42,326 nt of DNA, taken from positions 1 to 42,326 of the forward strand of contig JAUCBJ010001364.1 in assembly GCA_032718475.1 (NCBI GenBank). Direction: 5' to 3'. The position numbers were made by a program, and so were the translations under genes. Source of the DNA: Nemertoderma westbladi (taxonomy: Eukaryota > Animalia > Xenacoelomorpha). The notes beneath the pieces are model-generated. The model ran no database searches. It saw nothing but the letters and a program-made list of their open reading frames with translations, and had not been told where the DNA came from. Positions within the stretch are counted from its first letter, which is position 1; the number at the start of each line of letters is the position of its first letter. Below, in pieces: positions 22,133 to 33,901 of the stretch.

Positions 22133-23022
22133 GAAGCTAAGGAGCTCAAACTCCAGGGCATCACGAGCATAGAAATTATCAACGATCCAGTCATCATAGG
22201 CCACAAGGGATTGGAAATGGTGGATTAACCTTAGCCTGTGAGAACAAAGTAGGTCCAAGTGGGGCGAGAAAATTTCAGTACCGAGTTTAGTGACGCCGCC
22301 CAGCAGTCAGCTCAATGCACTAATTTAAATGCAGTGCGCCTTGGAACTAATTCAAATGCAGTCCGCTTTGGAACTATAAACTGTCATGGTTATAACTCAA
22401 ACTCAGATTTTATTGTAGAATGATGTTTTTGACAATGATTTTGAATGTATTTAATCAGTGAACAGATGAGGAATCCAACTCGTACTCGTGGAGCTGGAGG
22501 AGTTTGCTTATGGCATCGCAAAGGGATTTTCTCAAAGACAAGTACTATCTCTAGTGGGAATATTAGCTTACTATACACCCGATCAGTCAACCTCAACGCA
22601 GACTCATCAAAATCCTCTGAGAAATTTGAGAATTTCTTGGGAAGGCTCACTAATGTATTGGATTCAGTGGACTACGCCCTGCCGATAATCTTAGGAGATC
22701 TCAATTCTGATATCGGATCATTGCAGGGGCCCAGGTGTAATAGACAAAAACCATCAGCGCATGGACGTCGTCTGCATGATTTCCTGAGTAACAAGGAGCT
22801 TCTTGTGATGGATACGTATGATATATTCACTGGGCCAGTTGTCACTTTTAAGAGCTATGGGTCTTCATACATAGACCATATTATTTCTTCTAAAATGGTC
22901 ATGGGTTTTACTACGTGGGGATCCATCCTAGAATGTGAACCTGGAAATTTCTAGGATCATGTTCCTGTTTTGTGTTGGATTGATCGTGAGAAATTATTTA
23001 ATGTAAAGAGGAAATTCAAACT

Positions 23023-24018
23023 ATCTATGTAGATGACCTAAGTATATTTTTTAATAACTCTAACGTAGGTTGTGCAATAAAAAATACGCGCGCTAACCAC
23101 GTGTTTTATGCAGATGACTTAGCTCTCTGTTCTAACTCAATTTTTGGTCTGAATAAATTAATTGGAATCTATGAAAATTATGCTCTGGAGCACGATATCA
23201 AAATTAATATTAAAAAATCTAAAGCCATGATCTACACACCGAAAGGGAACACATCTTTTGTACATAATGACATTATTGTTGCTGGATCTAAATTAGAAAT
23301 TGTTTCAAAATTCAAATATCTTGGACATATACTTCATGAAACTACTGACGACGATTTTGACATCGTCAATCAGCTACACAGCCTGTATCGCAGAGGCAAT
23401 CTTCTCATCAGAAAATTCTCTTTCTGTTCCATAACAGTAAAGAAAATACTTTTCCGTAGTTTTTGCACTCAATTCTACTGTACTGCTCTTTGGTCTAGAC
23501 GTAATTTTAGTTTAGCAGTTTACAATAAATTACGAGTAGGGTACAATAATATAGCCAGAAAACTTTTCGGTTTCAGGTTTGACTGTAGTGTGTCTTTAAT
23601 GTTTGGACAGCTTAATCTGCCGAAATTTATTCATATTCGTTTCAATGCAATAACATCCCTTTTACATCGTGTGTCCAATACTGGGAACATTCTTGTGAAA
23701 CGTGTTTTCGAAGGTACCTACAGCACCAGCCGCATCAGGGAGAGGGACAACATCGTCATTATCTGAGCTGAGCTGTGGTGTTTTATTGTAGTACGCCTAG
23801 TTATTTGCTTTGTTGTAATTTTTAATTATCATTAATATTATTCTATATTATTTTTCCCTATCACACAGGCCTAACTAACTATTAATTTGTTTGTTTGTTT
23901 GTTTAATATTGGTAATACTTTAATTATGTACTTGTAACTTTGTAACAGTTCTGTTTGTCATTTGTGTTTTTATGGGCGCCCCATTTGCCTGGATTAAAGA
24001 TTAAAGAAAGAAAGAAAG
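23023..24018 (+). mobile_element. 5'-truncated LINE (RTE-X-like) nested in the host LINE
   Basis: IYVDDL...NHVFYADDL...KYLGH...LYRRGNLLIRKFSFCS, a 3' UTR and an (AAAG)n tail; the host coding sequence resumes at about 24019. The clade is inferred. Confidence 0.85.
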
Positions 24019-25012
24019 ATTTGCAGAAAAACTATGCCTAGCCCAATTAGGGTTGACTGGAAACGGGTAACAACACAACATCAACTAAACTATCGGCAAA
24101 AAGTAGAGCACGAGATTAAAGAATTGTACACCTCCATCAACTTGCATCCATCTCGGTGGAAAAATACTGAAGTAGATAAAGTAGCCAAATTGGTCCAACA
24201 GATAATTTGTCAGTCAGCTTCTAAAATTCTGCCATCCATTAAACACAAACGCAAGACAAATAACATAAGGATTAGATCTTCAAGGTTTCATATAATGGCA
24301 AAAACTACAAAGGATCTATATAACCTGTGGTGTCGTGATGGCCAATGTATGGATAGCAATTATGGTAAAGCGTATCAGGAGTCCAAAAATCAATTCGGCG
24401 TCTCAAAAATTTCTTTGCTAGAAATCGAGTTTCAGCCAATGTCAGGAAGGTTGGAGCCACAATGACCTCAAATCCGAGCAAATTCTGGCAGAGCATTGCT
24501 TCTAATAAAATTACGAGTGGAACAATACCAACAAATGCCCAGGAAAAGATAAGGTCTGCACTAGAAGAGAGAAATTTTCCAGGTAAAGAGTTCTACACTT
24601 CCATCAATGAACTGAAATCGGACTTGCAGAATAGCTGCCCAGACGCGGTGGTACTTACTGTCTCTGCTACGACACTACAGCGAGCAATTTTGGCTATATC
24701 CACCGGCAAATCTCCAGATACAATGGGCCTTGTTATTGAACATGTGCTTAGCCTGGACGCTAACTTTATTTGCAGAATTCTTGCAGACATTATAAATGTG
24801 TGTTTAAGAACTGGACATATACCTGAGTTTTTTGGTGAAACAATATTAACAAGTCTGTATAAGGGAAAGGGACGTGACATCAACCATCATAAATCTTTCA
24901 GACAAATAGCCACAGTGAGTCTGTTCGGAAAAATATTTGAATCTATTGTCCTTCTGGAATTTTTGCCGATACAAGATTTGATTCCCAATGCTCAATTTGC
25001 GTATCAGAAGAA

Positions 25013-25150
25013 GGACCCCCTTGGAAATAAGCTACAAAGCTTTAGGGGTAATCCTATATGTTATGTTGGACAATACCTTTATACCGGTACATTGTTTGGT
25101 GTATTTGTTATTGTTTTTACATAATGTATAAATAAATCTATCTATCTATA
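25013..25150 (+). mobile_element. Short retroposed LINE/SINE 3' end inserted in the host RT
   Basis: GGACCCCCTTGGAAATAAG...AATAAA(TCTA)n interrupts QFAYQKK|GSDLVITALL. Confidence 0.75.
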
Positions 25151-26175
25151 GGCTCAGATTTGGTTATAACTGCTTTGTTAGAATTCTTGGAGTCTCAGCG
25201 TCGGTCTGGTAACACAGTGTTTCTATGTCAGTTGCCTTTGATTATGTCAAATTCGTCTGTTTATTCCGGAATTTGAAGGATAATGTGAACCCATATGTGT
25301 GTCTTGCACTTCTCAACTATTACTTTTGTACAGTGGCATATCTTAAATTTGGAAATGAGGTTCAGGTTGAAGGCATAACAATAACAAAAGGTGTTAAACA
25401 AGGTTCGTTGACCTCTCCCGCATTATTTATTTTTTACACAAGAGATGTGCTTCATTGCTTGGATGTATCTGGTTTGGGGTTTCTACTGGATCTTTTGTGG
25501 CTCGGTTCTATAGCTTACGCAGATGATATATTGTTGATTGGAAGAACAGTGGGGGAATTAACTACAGCTGTTGAAATCGTAGAAACACAATTGGCAAAGA
25601 TAGGTCTCAATATTGAGGGGAGTAAAACCAAGTGGGCGTATTGTCTCGGTCAAGGCTGCTCTTCACAATCTATACCATCACTAATAAATATAAATGGAAC
25701 CCTTATAACGTCTTGTGAGCAAATCACATTTCTGGGTTTTCCAGTAAACACTAGCAAGAAATGCCATCTGCAAGATTGCATCCAAATAATCGCGAGTGTC
25801 TCGGATAGATTCCACAAGAATGGTTGGACAATTCGATGGCTGGATGTGGATACTCTCGGTTATATATGGAGAACTGTTGCTATTCCTACGGTGCTTTATA
25901 CAGCAAAATTCTTCGTCGGATCACTCACAAACTCAGAGCTTCAGCAACTAGATATTTATTATCGCAAGATCCTCCGGGGTCTATTGTTTCTCGGGTCATA
26001 TGCGAGCAATGCTGTAGTCTACTCTTTACTCGGATGTTATTCGTTCTCAGCAGAAATATTCAAAACCGGCACTAATATGATCCACAGGATACAATCGTGT
26101 CCAACACTCTACTTCAGTCTATACTTCATGCGTGTCTTCGAAAGAATGCTGGATATACTAAGTCGGGGAACTATC

Positions 26176-26595
26176 TGTAACTTAAACACTGTAACTTAAA
26201 CACTGTAACTCAAACACTGTAACTCAAACACCGTAACTCATACACTGCAACTCAAACACTAACTCAAATATTGTAAATCAAACACTGTAACTCAAACACC
26301 GTAACTCAAACACTGTAATTCAAACACTGTAACTCAAACACTGTAACTCAAACACTGTAACTCAAACACTAACTCAAATATTGTGAATCAAACACTGTAA
26401 CTCAAACACCATAACTCAAATATTGTAAATCAAACACTGTAACTCAAACACTGTAACGCAAATATTGTAAATCAAACACTGTAATTCAAACACTGTAACT
26501 CAAACAATGCATCCCCAAACACTGTAACTCAAACACTGTAACTCAAACAATGCATCCTCAAACACTGTAACTCAAACACTGTGACTTAAACACTT
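26176..26595 (+). repeat. 14-bp minisatellite (TGTAACTCAAACAC)n in the LINE 3' UTR
   Basis: About 30 degenerate copies directly visible. Confidence 0.95.
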
Positions 26596-27196
26596 GTAAA
26601 TGTGTTCTTATGGTTAAGGTTGTAAGGTAACCTTAACAATATTTGAAAAAAAAATATTTTCGATTATTTAAGATCAAAATTTTTCGAAGATTACAGAAAT
26701 CGGGTTTTTATAGGCATAGGATAAGCGTAAGGTGCCCAAATGCCTGTCGATCTATCGGTCGGTTGGTTAGGTCAGGAAGAGGATGAAAAAAGTGAAGGTC
26801 AGGAAAAGAGTGAAGAAAGTGAAGGTCAGGAAGAAAGTGAGGAACAAGAAAATAAAGAAAGTGATGAACAAGTAGATGAAGAAAGTGAAGATCAGGAAAG
26901 TGAAGAAGAGGATGAAAATGATAATAATGAGGAAATATTGAGACAATTACTTGCAAATAAGAATAAACTACGGAAAATTATTAAACATTTGAAGGAAAAT
27001 GAAGAAAATAAAGAGGTGACATTGACCCAAGTTCTAGGAAGTAAAATTAAATTACAGAAATTTATTAAACATTTAGAAGAGAATGATGAAAATAAAGAAG
27101 AGATATTGAGACAAATATTAGTAAACAAAAATCAAGTGCGGATATTTATTAATCAAATGGAAGAAAATGAAGAAAATAGAGAAGAGATATTAAGAC

Positions 27197-28251
27197 TAGG
27201 GTGCTAGTCAAGGGAACTAGTGCCACAGGCACATGGACAGAACTTACCATTTGGCGCAAGTGACTCTTATTCTCAATTTTCGCGATGGCCAACTTTGAAT
27301 TCTCCTACTGCATTAATTTTATGCTCATTAGAACCGCAATGTCCGGTTTAGTGGGGGTAGACAACTTCAAAACAAACGTAGAGCGAATAGTTCTTGAAAT
27401 ATCGCTGAAAATGTGAAGTCCGGCCCAAGTCTACATTACCGCCTTGATGCAATGTGGAAAAATCCTCAAAAAATTTTATTTCGAAATATATCAAAAAAAA
27501 TCAAGAATAGACACATCACAGAAATGATGGATATAGTGGGTGAAGACACCTTCAAAATAAGAGTAGAGTCAGTGGTTCTTGAGTTATTTTACAAAATGTC
27601 AAGACTACTGTACAGTATATTATGTCCACCAATTAATACTTGATATTGAGTTGACCCATTCCACACATTTTGTACAAAAACTATAGTGAATTAATCAATA
27701 CTCTTTAATTTTGAAAGTGTCTGTATGCACTAAATCAATTTGTTGCACTGATGTGTCTATTCTTGATTCCTTGCGATAATTCAAAATAAATTTTTTGGGG
27801 GATTTGTCCATATCGCATCAAGACGGTAATGTAGACTTCACATTTTCTGCGATATCTCAAGAACTATTCGCTCTATGTTTGTTTTTAAGTTGTCTACCCC
27901 CACTAAATCGGTCATTGTGGTTCTAATGAGCATAATATTAATGCAATAGGAGAACTCAAAGTTGGCCATTGCGAAAATATATAATTATCATCACTTGCGC
28001 CAAATGGTAGGTTCTGTCTATGTGCCTGTGGCACTCGTTCCCTTGATCCAAAAATTAAAATTTTGGTATCTAACAAAGTTTGGACCCATTTGATACATGC
28101 AGGAAGTTCTTTCTTGAGTCATTGATCTTTCATTAATGATATAGACGAAATTTAAAGAATTTTTTTCTGCCTTATTTTATTACCATTTGGAAACTTTCTT
28201 GCACCGGTAGAACAATGAAATCGAAAAAAAAGTAAAAAACACACCGCCCTA
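27197..28251. mobile_element. Non-autonomous hAT-like DNA transposon
   Basis: Perfect 8-bp TSD ATTAAGAC (27189-27196, 28252-28259) and ends TAGGGTG... / ...CGCCCTA. Confidence 0.85.
27208..28046. mobile_element. Foldback MITE with ~390-bp inverted arms nested in the hAT-like element
   Basis: TCAAGGGAACTAGTGCCACAGGCACA... and ...TGTGCCTGTGGCACTCGTTCCCTTGA; imperfect complementarity continues almost to the centre. Confidence 0.9.
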
Positions 28252-28679
28252 ATTAAGACAAGTCCTTGGAAATAAAAGTAAATTATTGAAAATCAATGAA
28301 CACTTGAATAAAATTAAGAAACACTTGAATAATGAGGAAGATGAAAGTGAAGAAAATCAACCAACTTTTAGTTATTATAGAAATCCTATGATACAAAACT
28401 CTCGTTCAGTAAATGCCCGCGCAGGAGGATGCTATTGAGATTTGTTTGTTTGATTTACTTTCATAATAGTATTAGAACTATTTATCCATAATAATTATAT
28501 TAGTATTAGGACTATTAATCCATAATAATTATATTAGTATTATAAAGATATTTTACCCATAATATTTATTAATATTAGGTCTATTTATTCATGAAATGTT
28601 ATGTTTTTTATAATATACTTTGGAAAATTAAATTAAATAATATTTTTTCAGTAATTATTTTTTCAATAATATCCTCAAT

Positions 28680-29495
28680 CTGAGGCCGTGCCTCAGTGAG
28701 GCATAGTCTGAGCCACAGTGAGGCACTTAGGCATAGTCCGGGCCTCAGTGAGGCATAGTCTGAGCCTCTGTGAGGCATCGTCTGAGCCTCAGTGAGGCAT
28801 AGTCTGAGCCTCAGTGCCTCAGTGAGGCATACTTAGAGCCTCAGTGAGGCATAGTCTGAGCCTCAATGACCCAGTGAGGCAAAGTCTTTGCCTGAGTGAG
28901 GCATAGTCTGAGCCTCAATGCCTCAGTGAGGTATAGTCTAAGCCTCAGTGAGGCATAGTCTGAACCTCAGTGAGGCATAGTCTGAGCCTCAGTGAGGCAT
29001 ATTCTGGGCCTCAGTGAGGCATAGTCTGAGCCTCAGTGAGGCATATTCTGGGCCTCAGTGAGGAATAGTCTGTGCCTCAGTGCCTCAGTGAGGCATAGTA
29101 GTGCCTCAGTGCCTCAGTGATGCCTAGTCTGTGCCTCAGTGCCTCAGTGAGGCATAGTCTGAGCCTCAATGCCCCAGTGAGGCATAGTCTTTGCCTGAGT
29201 GAGGCATAGTCTGAGCCTCAATGCCTCAGTGAGGTATAGTCTAAACCTCAGTGAGGCATAGTCTGAGCCTCAGTGAGGCATAGTCTGAGCCTCAGTGAGG
29301 AATAGTCTGTGCCTCAGTGCCTCAGTGAGGCATTGTAGGTGCCTCAGTGCCTCAGTGAGGCCTAGTCTGTGCCTCAGTGCCTCAGTGAGGCATAGTCTGA
29401 ACCTCAGTGAAGCATAGTCTGAGCCTCAGTGTCTCAGTGAGGCATACTCTGAGCCTCAGTGAGGCAAAGTCTGAGCCTCAGTGAAGCCTGAGTCA
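28680..29495. repeat. 22-bp minisatellite built on the palindrome GCCTCA-G-TGAGGC
   Basis: Unit GCCTCAGTGAGGCATAGTCTGA, with 8-bp GCCTCAGT sub-duplications. Confidence 0.95.
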
Positions 29496-29509
29496 ACCTC
29501 ATCAGTAAA

Positions 29510-29680
29510 GAATAGCCTATGGCATAGTAGATGCCTACCAAGTTTCAGCCTAAACGGATTAAAAACAATCAAATGAGATCAGTTTTCACTTTGAGACATT
29601 TCGCCCTCTAGCGGTAGACTGGGGAACTTTCAGATAATACGCCCTCTGGCGGCAGACTATGGAACTGCAGACGGCTGGAT
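29510..29680 (+). mobile_element. Related fragment of the Helentron-like repeat monomer at 10604-11600
   Basis: Shares CCAAGTTTCAGC(C/T)TAAACGGATTAAAA, TTCACTTT.AGACATTT, GCCCTCTAGCGG.AGACTGG and GAACTGCAGA. Confidence 0.85.
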
Positions 29681-30571
29681 AAAGGTAAGAGTTACCATTG
29701 GATACAGCTAAGAGTAATTAGTAATCAGAGGTGTCATGAGAGGGGCAGGGCGCTTGGACACAACCAATATTAAAAACCTGCTGCTTGGTTAAAGCTAATT
29801 GGGGGTCAAAGGTCAACGTTAAAGCTGTCTGGATATAGCTAAAGAATTTAGGAAAGAGCAGAGGTGGCTACATCACTTTATAGCTTTGCAGAGTGAGGGT
29901 AAAGCTACGAAAAAGTTGCTCATAAACGCGCCGACTGCCAGAGTTTGTCGGTTTTCCAACAAATAGCAACTTCTGACATGTGCCTCATGCATGCAACAAA
30001 CCTTATGATATGATATATGACATAATATTTTCCATAAACCTAAGTAAATACTGGCATAATAATACTGTATCTCAGAAATATATATATAAGCCAAGGATCC
30101 TATCCCCTTACGTTGGTTTCGGATGTATAGTAACAATGTGACTTACTCTCTGATGGTAGGTCAATTGCGGTTATTGATCATAAAATGTCGTGAACCTCCT
30201 GTAAACAGCCAATGAGATGGTCGGGAAATAACACCGGAAAATGACTGTCCGATATGATAATAACCATAAGATATAATGTCAATATAACCAACCATTCGAA
30301 ACGAGTTACAATTTCGCAACTGGTGCACCAACCCTGCGATATAGGAATCTGGCATCTCAAGTGGGTGTAAATTAAATGGTTGGGGAGTGCTCACCATTTA
30401 ATTTAGTCGAGAGTTAGTGTGGCGTCCTCGTCCTCCCCGCCTTATACGTAACAGCCAAGAGAGAGGAACCTTCGGGATACATTTCACTTTATTCTGATGG
30501 CGCTTTAGTAAAAACGTTGTGTTTCATTTGCAATTTGTTGATAGATTTCTTGTTTAAATTTAGCAACTAAC

Positions 30572-30783
30572 CTATAGCGTTGCGACTTTTAATCACGAAA
30601 TCTGGAATCACTCGAACTATTTGCTCTGTCCCTCTGTTGTTGGAGTCCGTGTACACGGAGACCACTTCTAGACTATCAGAGCTAAACATATCGGGATCGC
30701 ATCCTATGTCACTGAGGGCTAGAATTTCCGACCAATGTTTCCTGTAAATTTTGCAGATGTCCAATAATTTTTGAACAGTGTAG
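30572..30783 (-). CDS. Exon of the unknown gene (YTVQKLLDICKIYRKHWSE...IKSRNAI)
   Basis: CCTGTAG| acceptor, AG|GTTAGT donor, phases 2/1, open frame. Confidence 0.75.
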
Positions 30784-30982
30784 CTACAGGCTACAGTACT
30801 TCTGAACTGGTACTACTGTGGCTGTAACGTGCACTACAGTAGAAACTTTCAGTCTACGCTAATTAACTCTAAATCTCGTCTGCATGGCCTGTATTAAAGG
30901 ACGCCTTGTTGAGTCTCCTACTGTACATAGAAATTCATCATTACAGTACAACAGCACAAACAAATGATGTCATGAAACCAAC

Positions 30983-31134
30983 CTGAGATTGTCCAACTGT
31001 ATAAGAAGACTTTCAACCATAGTGTCACTCTTATTAACGACTTTATCAGCTTCTTTTTCATATTGACTTTCATTGAGAAATTTATTTCTCGTAGATGATG
31101 ATTCGCCTTTCGTTAACACGAACGATTCGTAAAC
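30983..31134 (-). CDS. Exon of the unknown gene (VYESFVLTKG...LLIQLDNL)
   Basis: TTTACAG| acceptor, CAG|GTTGGT donor, phases 0/2, open frame. Confidence 0.75.
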
Positions 31135-31496
31135 CTGTAAACGGGCGGCAAGAGAGAGTCTTATTGTATAGGTTTATTCGGAATTATATTCGGAATAAAA
31201 TAATAAAATTTCAGAAATAATAGTTATACTTAATAATTGATGATTTTGGATAATCTAAAATGTGCAATTGAATTCTAATGTACATCGCCACTGGTATACT
31301 CAGTATTGTTGGAAATATTGGGAATTGGTAGACTATTTGATTTATATTGTATTTTTACACTGCCTTTGTGGTCAGTTATTTCATAAGCATTATGTATAAA
31401 ATCATGAAAATACAAATGTAATAATATAATTAATTATTAATTAATTAATAAATTTTAAAATAAAATTAATTAATATTATTAATTATTAAATTAATA

Positions 31497-32302
31497 GTGA
31501 ATGAATACGAGTATCTGGGCTTGACTTTGCAGACCTCACTATCCTTTTCTCAACATATTGCGGAGAAGAAACTGAATATTTTCAAGATTATTGGGAGTCT
31601 AATTAAATTACACTTAATGTCAGTCCGGTCTGGCATGATTATATTTCACGGTAAAATACTTCCCATTATGACATACTGTATACAAGAATTTGGTCCCTTT
31701 CTGAACTTGCGAAATTTAAAAGAAATCGACAAATGTAAAGCCGCTTTTATCAAACGGCTGCTCAGGATACATACGTCATCATCAGCGACTTTAGCATTAA
31801 ACTTAGTGGGAGAATCTACGTGTACCGACGACATTATCCGGAAATATCCCAACGCTTTTAACCCAGATGTATTTCAACAGTACAGACAATTTCGTGACGA
31901 GCGCCAACAGAACTTTATCGACGAAGGTTACACCAGGGGCCCAGCTTTTCAGTCTTCCACGTGGCGTACAGCTGGACAGCGAAACCGACATGTAGTCACG
32001 AGGGCGACAGTCCACGGCTTCCATCACCGACTGTGTGGGACGGGGATGGGTTTCCACGAACCTGCCGATTCCTGCATCTGCCGGTATTGCAGTCTGCCCT
32101 GCGCCGACCGATACCGCGCTTTAGCGTGCCAACTCTGCCCTTCACTATCCGAACTGGCCAAGATGTGACATATATTACTGGGATACGCTATTATAAATTA
32201 CTTTTATTGAGTTATATTAATTTTTATTTTTATTTATATTTTATCAATTAATTATTAAATAAAACTTTTACCCCGACACGGGGTGTAGCTATAAAAAAAA
32301 AA
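31497..32302 (+). mobile_element. 5'-truncated LINE with a Cys/His-rich ORF2 C-terminus and poly(A) tail
   Basis: Begins at the RT thumb motif YEYLG, C-terminal HGFHHRLC...CICRYC, 3' hairpin ACCCCG-ACA-CGGGGT and an A10 tail. Confidence 0.85.
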
Positions 32303-32358
32303 TAATATAATTAATTGATATTAATAATAATAATTTATAATGGTAACTCTAAGTTCAC

Positions 32359-32525
32359 CTTGTTATGACAAACCCACAGAGGATCATATATCGAATCCTC
32401 AAACTCTTGTCTTAGATCCCTGAGGTAGTCAATAAATTTAAAGAACAATCGAAAGTAGTTGAGAGTGTCGGAGATTGAGGAGATCATAACATTGGCTGAG
32501 TTCGGTACGTTTAATATGTTCCATT
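32359..32525 (-). CDS. Exon of the unknown gene (WNILNVPNSA...DPLWVCHNK)
   Basis: TAAACAG| acceptor, AAG|GTGAAC donor, phases 1/0, open frame. Confidence 0.72.
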
Positions 32526-32868
32526 CTGTTTAAACATCAAAATTATCAACCAACATCAACAATACAATGAAATTAGCAGTCTCTAAATCATACTGTATTT
32601 ATTATCATTAAAAGTATCTACTGTATTCCAAGCTCATGTATGATTAGTAGGCCACTTAGCTGACCAATCAGTGACTGCTACAAATTAGGATGTTTTAAAA
32701 CTTCCTGTGAAGGAAAGGTCGCCTTGTGTAAAGGTGAGATTGAGGCTCGTTACTCACTTTCTTCCCGCAATACACAATATTATTAGAGTGGGTTGTGATG
32801 GATGGAGCGCAATATTTAACACTTTTAATACTCTTAGCACACAACCTCATTGAAAATGTTGTTAAAAT

Positions 32869-33185
32869 TCATAGGTCACTACTACTGTAGATCGAGCGAG
32901 CACGGACAGTGGAATTGAGATCCTTCCAGGCTTCCCGATTCTCCATAGTTGTCGCAATTTCGTTTCTCCCAAGTTCAGTAACCCTTTCAAGCTGGTCTGT
33001 AATTGTTATAGCCGGTCGTCCTCGACTACGCTTTCCATGAGTTGGTTGCCAGAAAAGTAGATCTGGTATGACCTCGTCTTTACCTCTCCAGCAGTGCCCA
33101 CTGAATCTTAATCTGCGTTCACGGAGGGTGGTTGATACAGGTGGTATTGTACCAGAAAGCTCGGTGTTTGTCATGTGTTGTCTGC
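32869..33185 (-). mobile_element. RTE-clade LINE 3' fragment
   Basis: HMTNTEL...RERRLRFSGHCWR...LFWQPTHGKRSRGRP...MENREAW is the typical RTE C-terminus; short (AGT)n tail. Confidence 0.9.
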
Positions 33186-33901
33186 AGCAGTCTCCAGTAT
33201 TTCATAAATATTTATTTGTAACTCGTGAATTTTATTGATTTACTTTCTAATTTCCCTCTACTAAAGTAATACCGTGTTCAAACTGAAAGTATTATCACAG
33301 CAGTAGGAACCGGTACACAGCAGTAGGAACCGGTAGAGGCACACTGCAGCTTGAAAACATTTTGTAATGCTGTGATAAATGCCGGTAACCGGTCAGTCTC
33401 TAGAGAAAAGTGAAAGTATTAGGCCTACTCCTGTAATATGAATTAATAAGTCAATAGCCTCAGCATACTGTACTGTATTTTTCTGTTACAGGCTTACCGT
33501 TACTAATTTCTATAATTTTTCTAATTTTTATAAAACAGAAACCGACTTGCGCTCTCAAAAACTACTCGCTACTTGCTACTTTCTACTCCCACCTGCTACA
33601 TGCAGCTTTATAAAATAGACCCCAGGTCTCACCCCACATACAGTATTAGGCCTACTTTAAATCTCAACTATTAAATCATCACAATTTTTTTTTCTCCTTA
33701 TATTTTTCTAAAAATATTTATCATATTGCTTGAAATTTGAAACTACCGGCTGAACGGTAAGATCAACTCACCGTCTTTGTTGCCATGTAATATAATTTAC
33801 CTCCGTGTACAAGACCGCTGCTAAGTAAGATTACTGTACAAGTTTGCAGTAGTCTACCGAAGTATCTTTACTGTTAAGCTATTCAGGAAGAGCAAACTCA
33901 C

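Larger units (their letters stand above)
22140..26654 (+). mobile_element. Degenerate LINE (APE endonuclease + RT) interrupted by two younger insertions
   Basis: APE motifs ILGDLNSD, SYIDHI, DHVPV; RT motifs GKSPD, QFAYQ, GVKQGSLTSPALF, YADD; 3' UTR minisatellite, terminal hairpin 26613-26637 and A9 tail. Confidence 0.88.
26740..28438 (+). pseudogene. Acidic protein with four 28-aa helical repeats, split by a transposon insertion (restored 211 aa)
   Basis: Joining 26740-27196 to 28260-28438 across the TSD restores the frame and the repeat: EEILR|QVLGNKSKLLKINEHL...NARAGGCY*. Confidence 0.7.

Noticed and set aside
20439-22206. Long ORFs (577, 404, 374 aa) of 12-aa repeats
   Set aside because: They are by-products of a stop-poor 36-bp satellite that is open in several frames and on both strands, with a frameshifting indel near 21015.
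30146-30500. Candidate exons with good donors at about 30146 and 30394
   Set aside because: All frames I tested contain stops before the donors.
33772-33820. Extra exon of the minus-strand gene (strong GTGAGT donor)
   Set aside because: It would end in phase 2 and put the next exon (32359-32525) into a frame with a stop.
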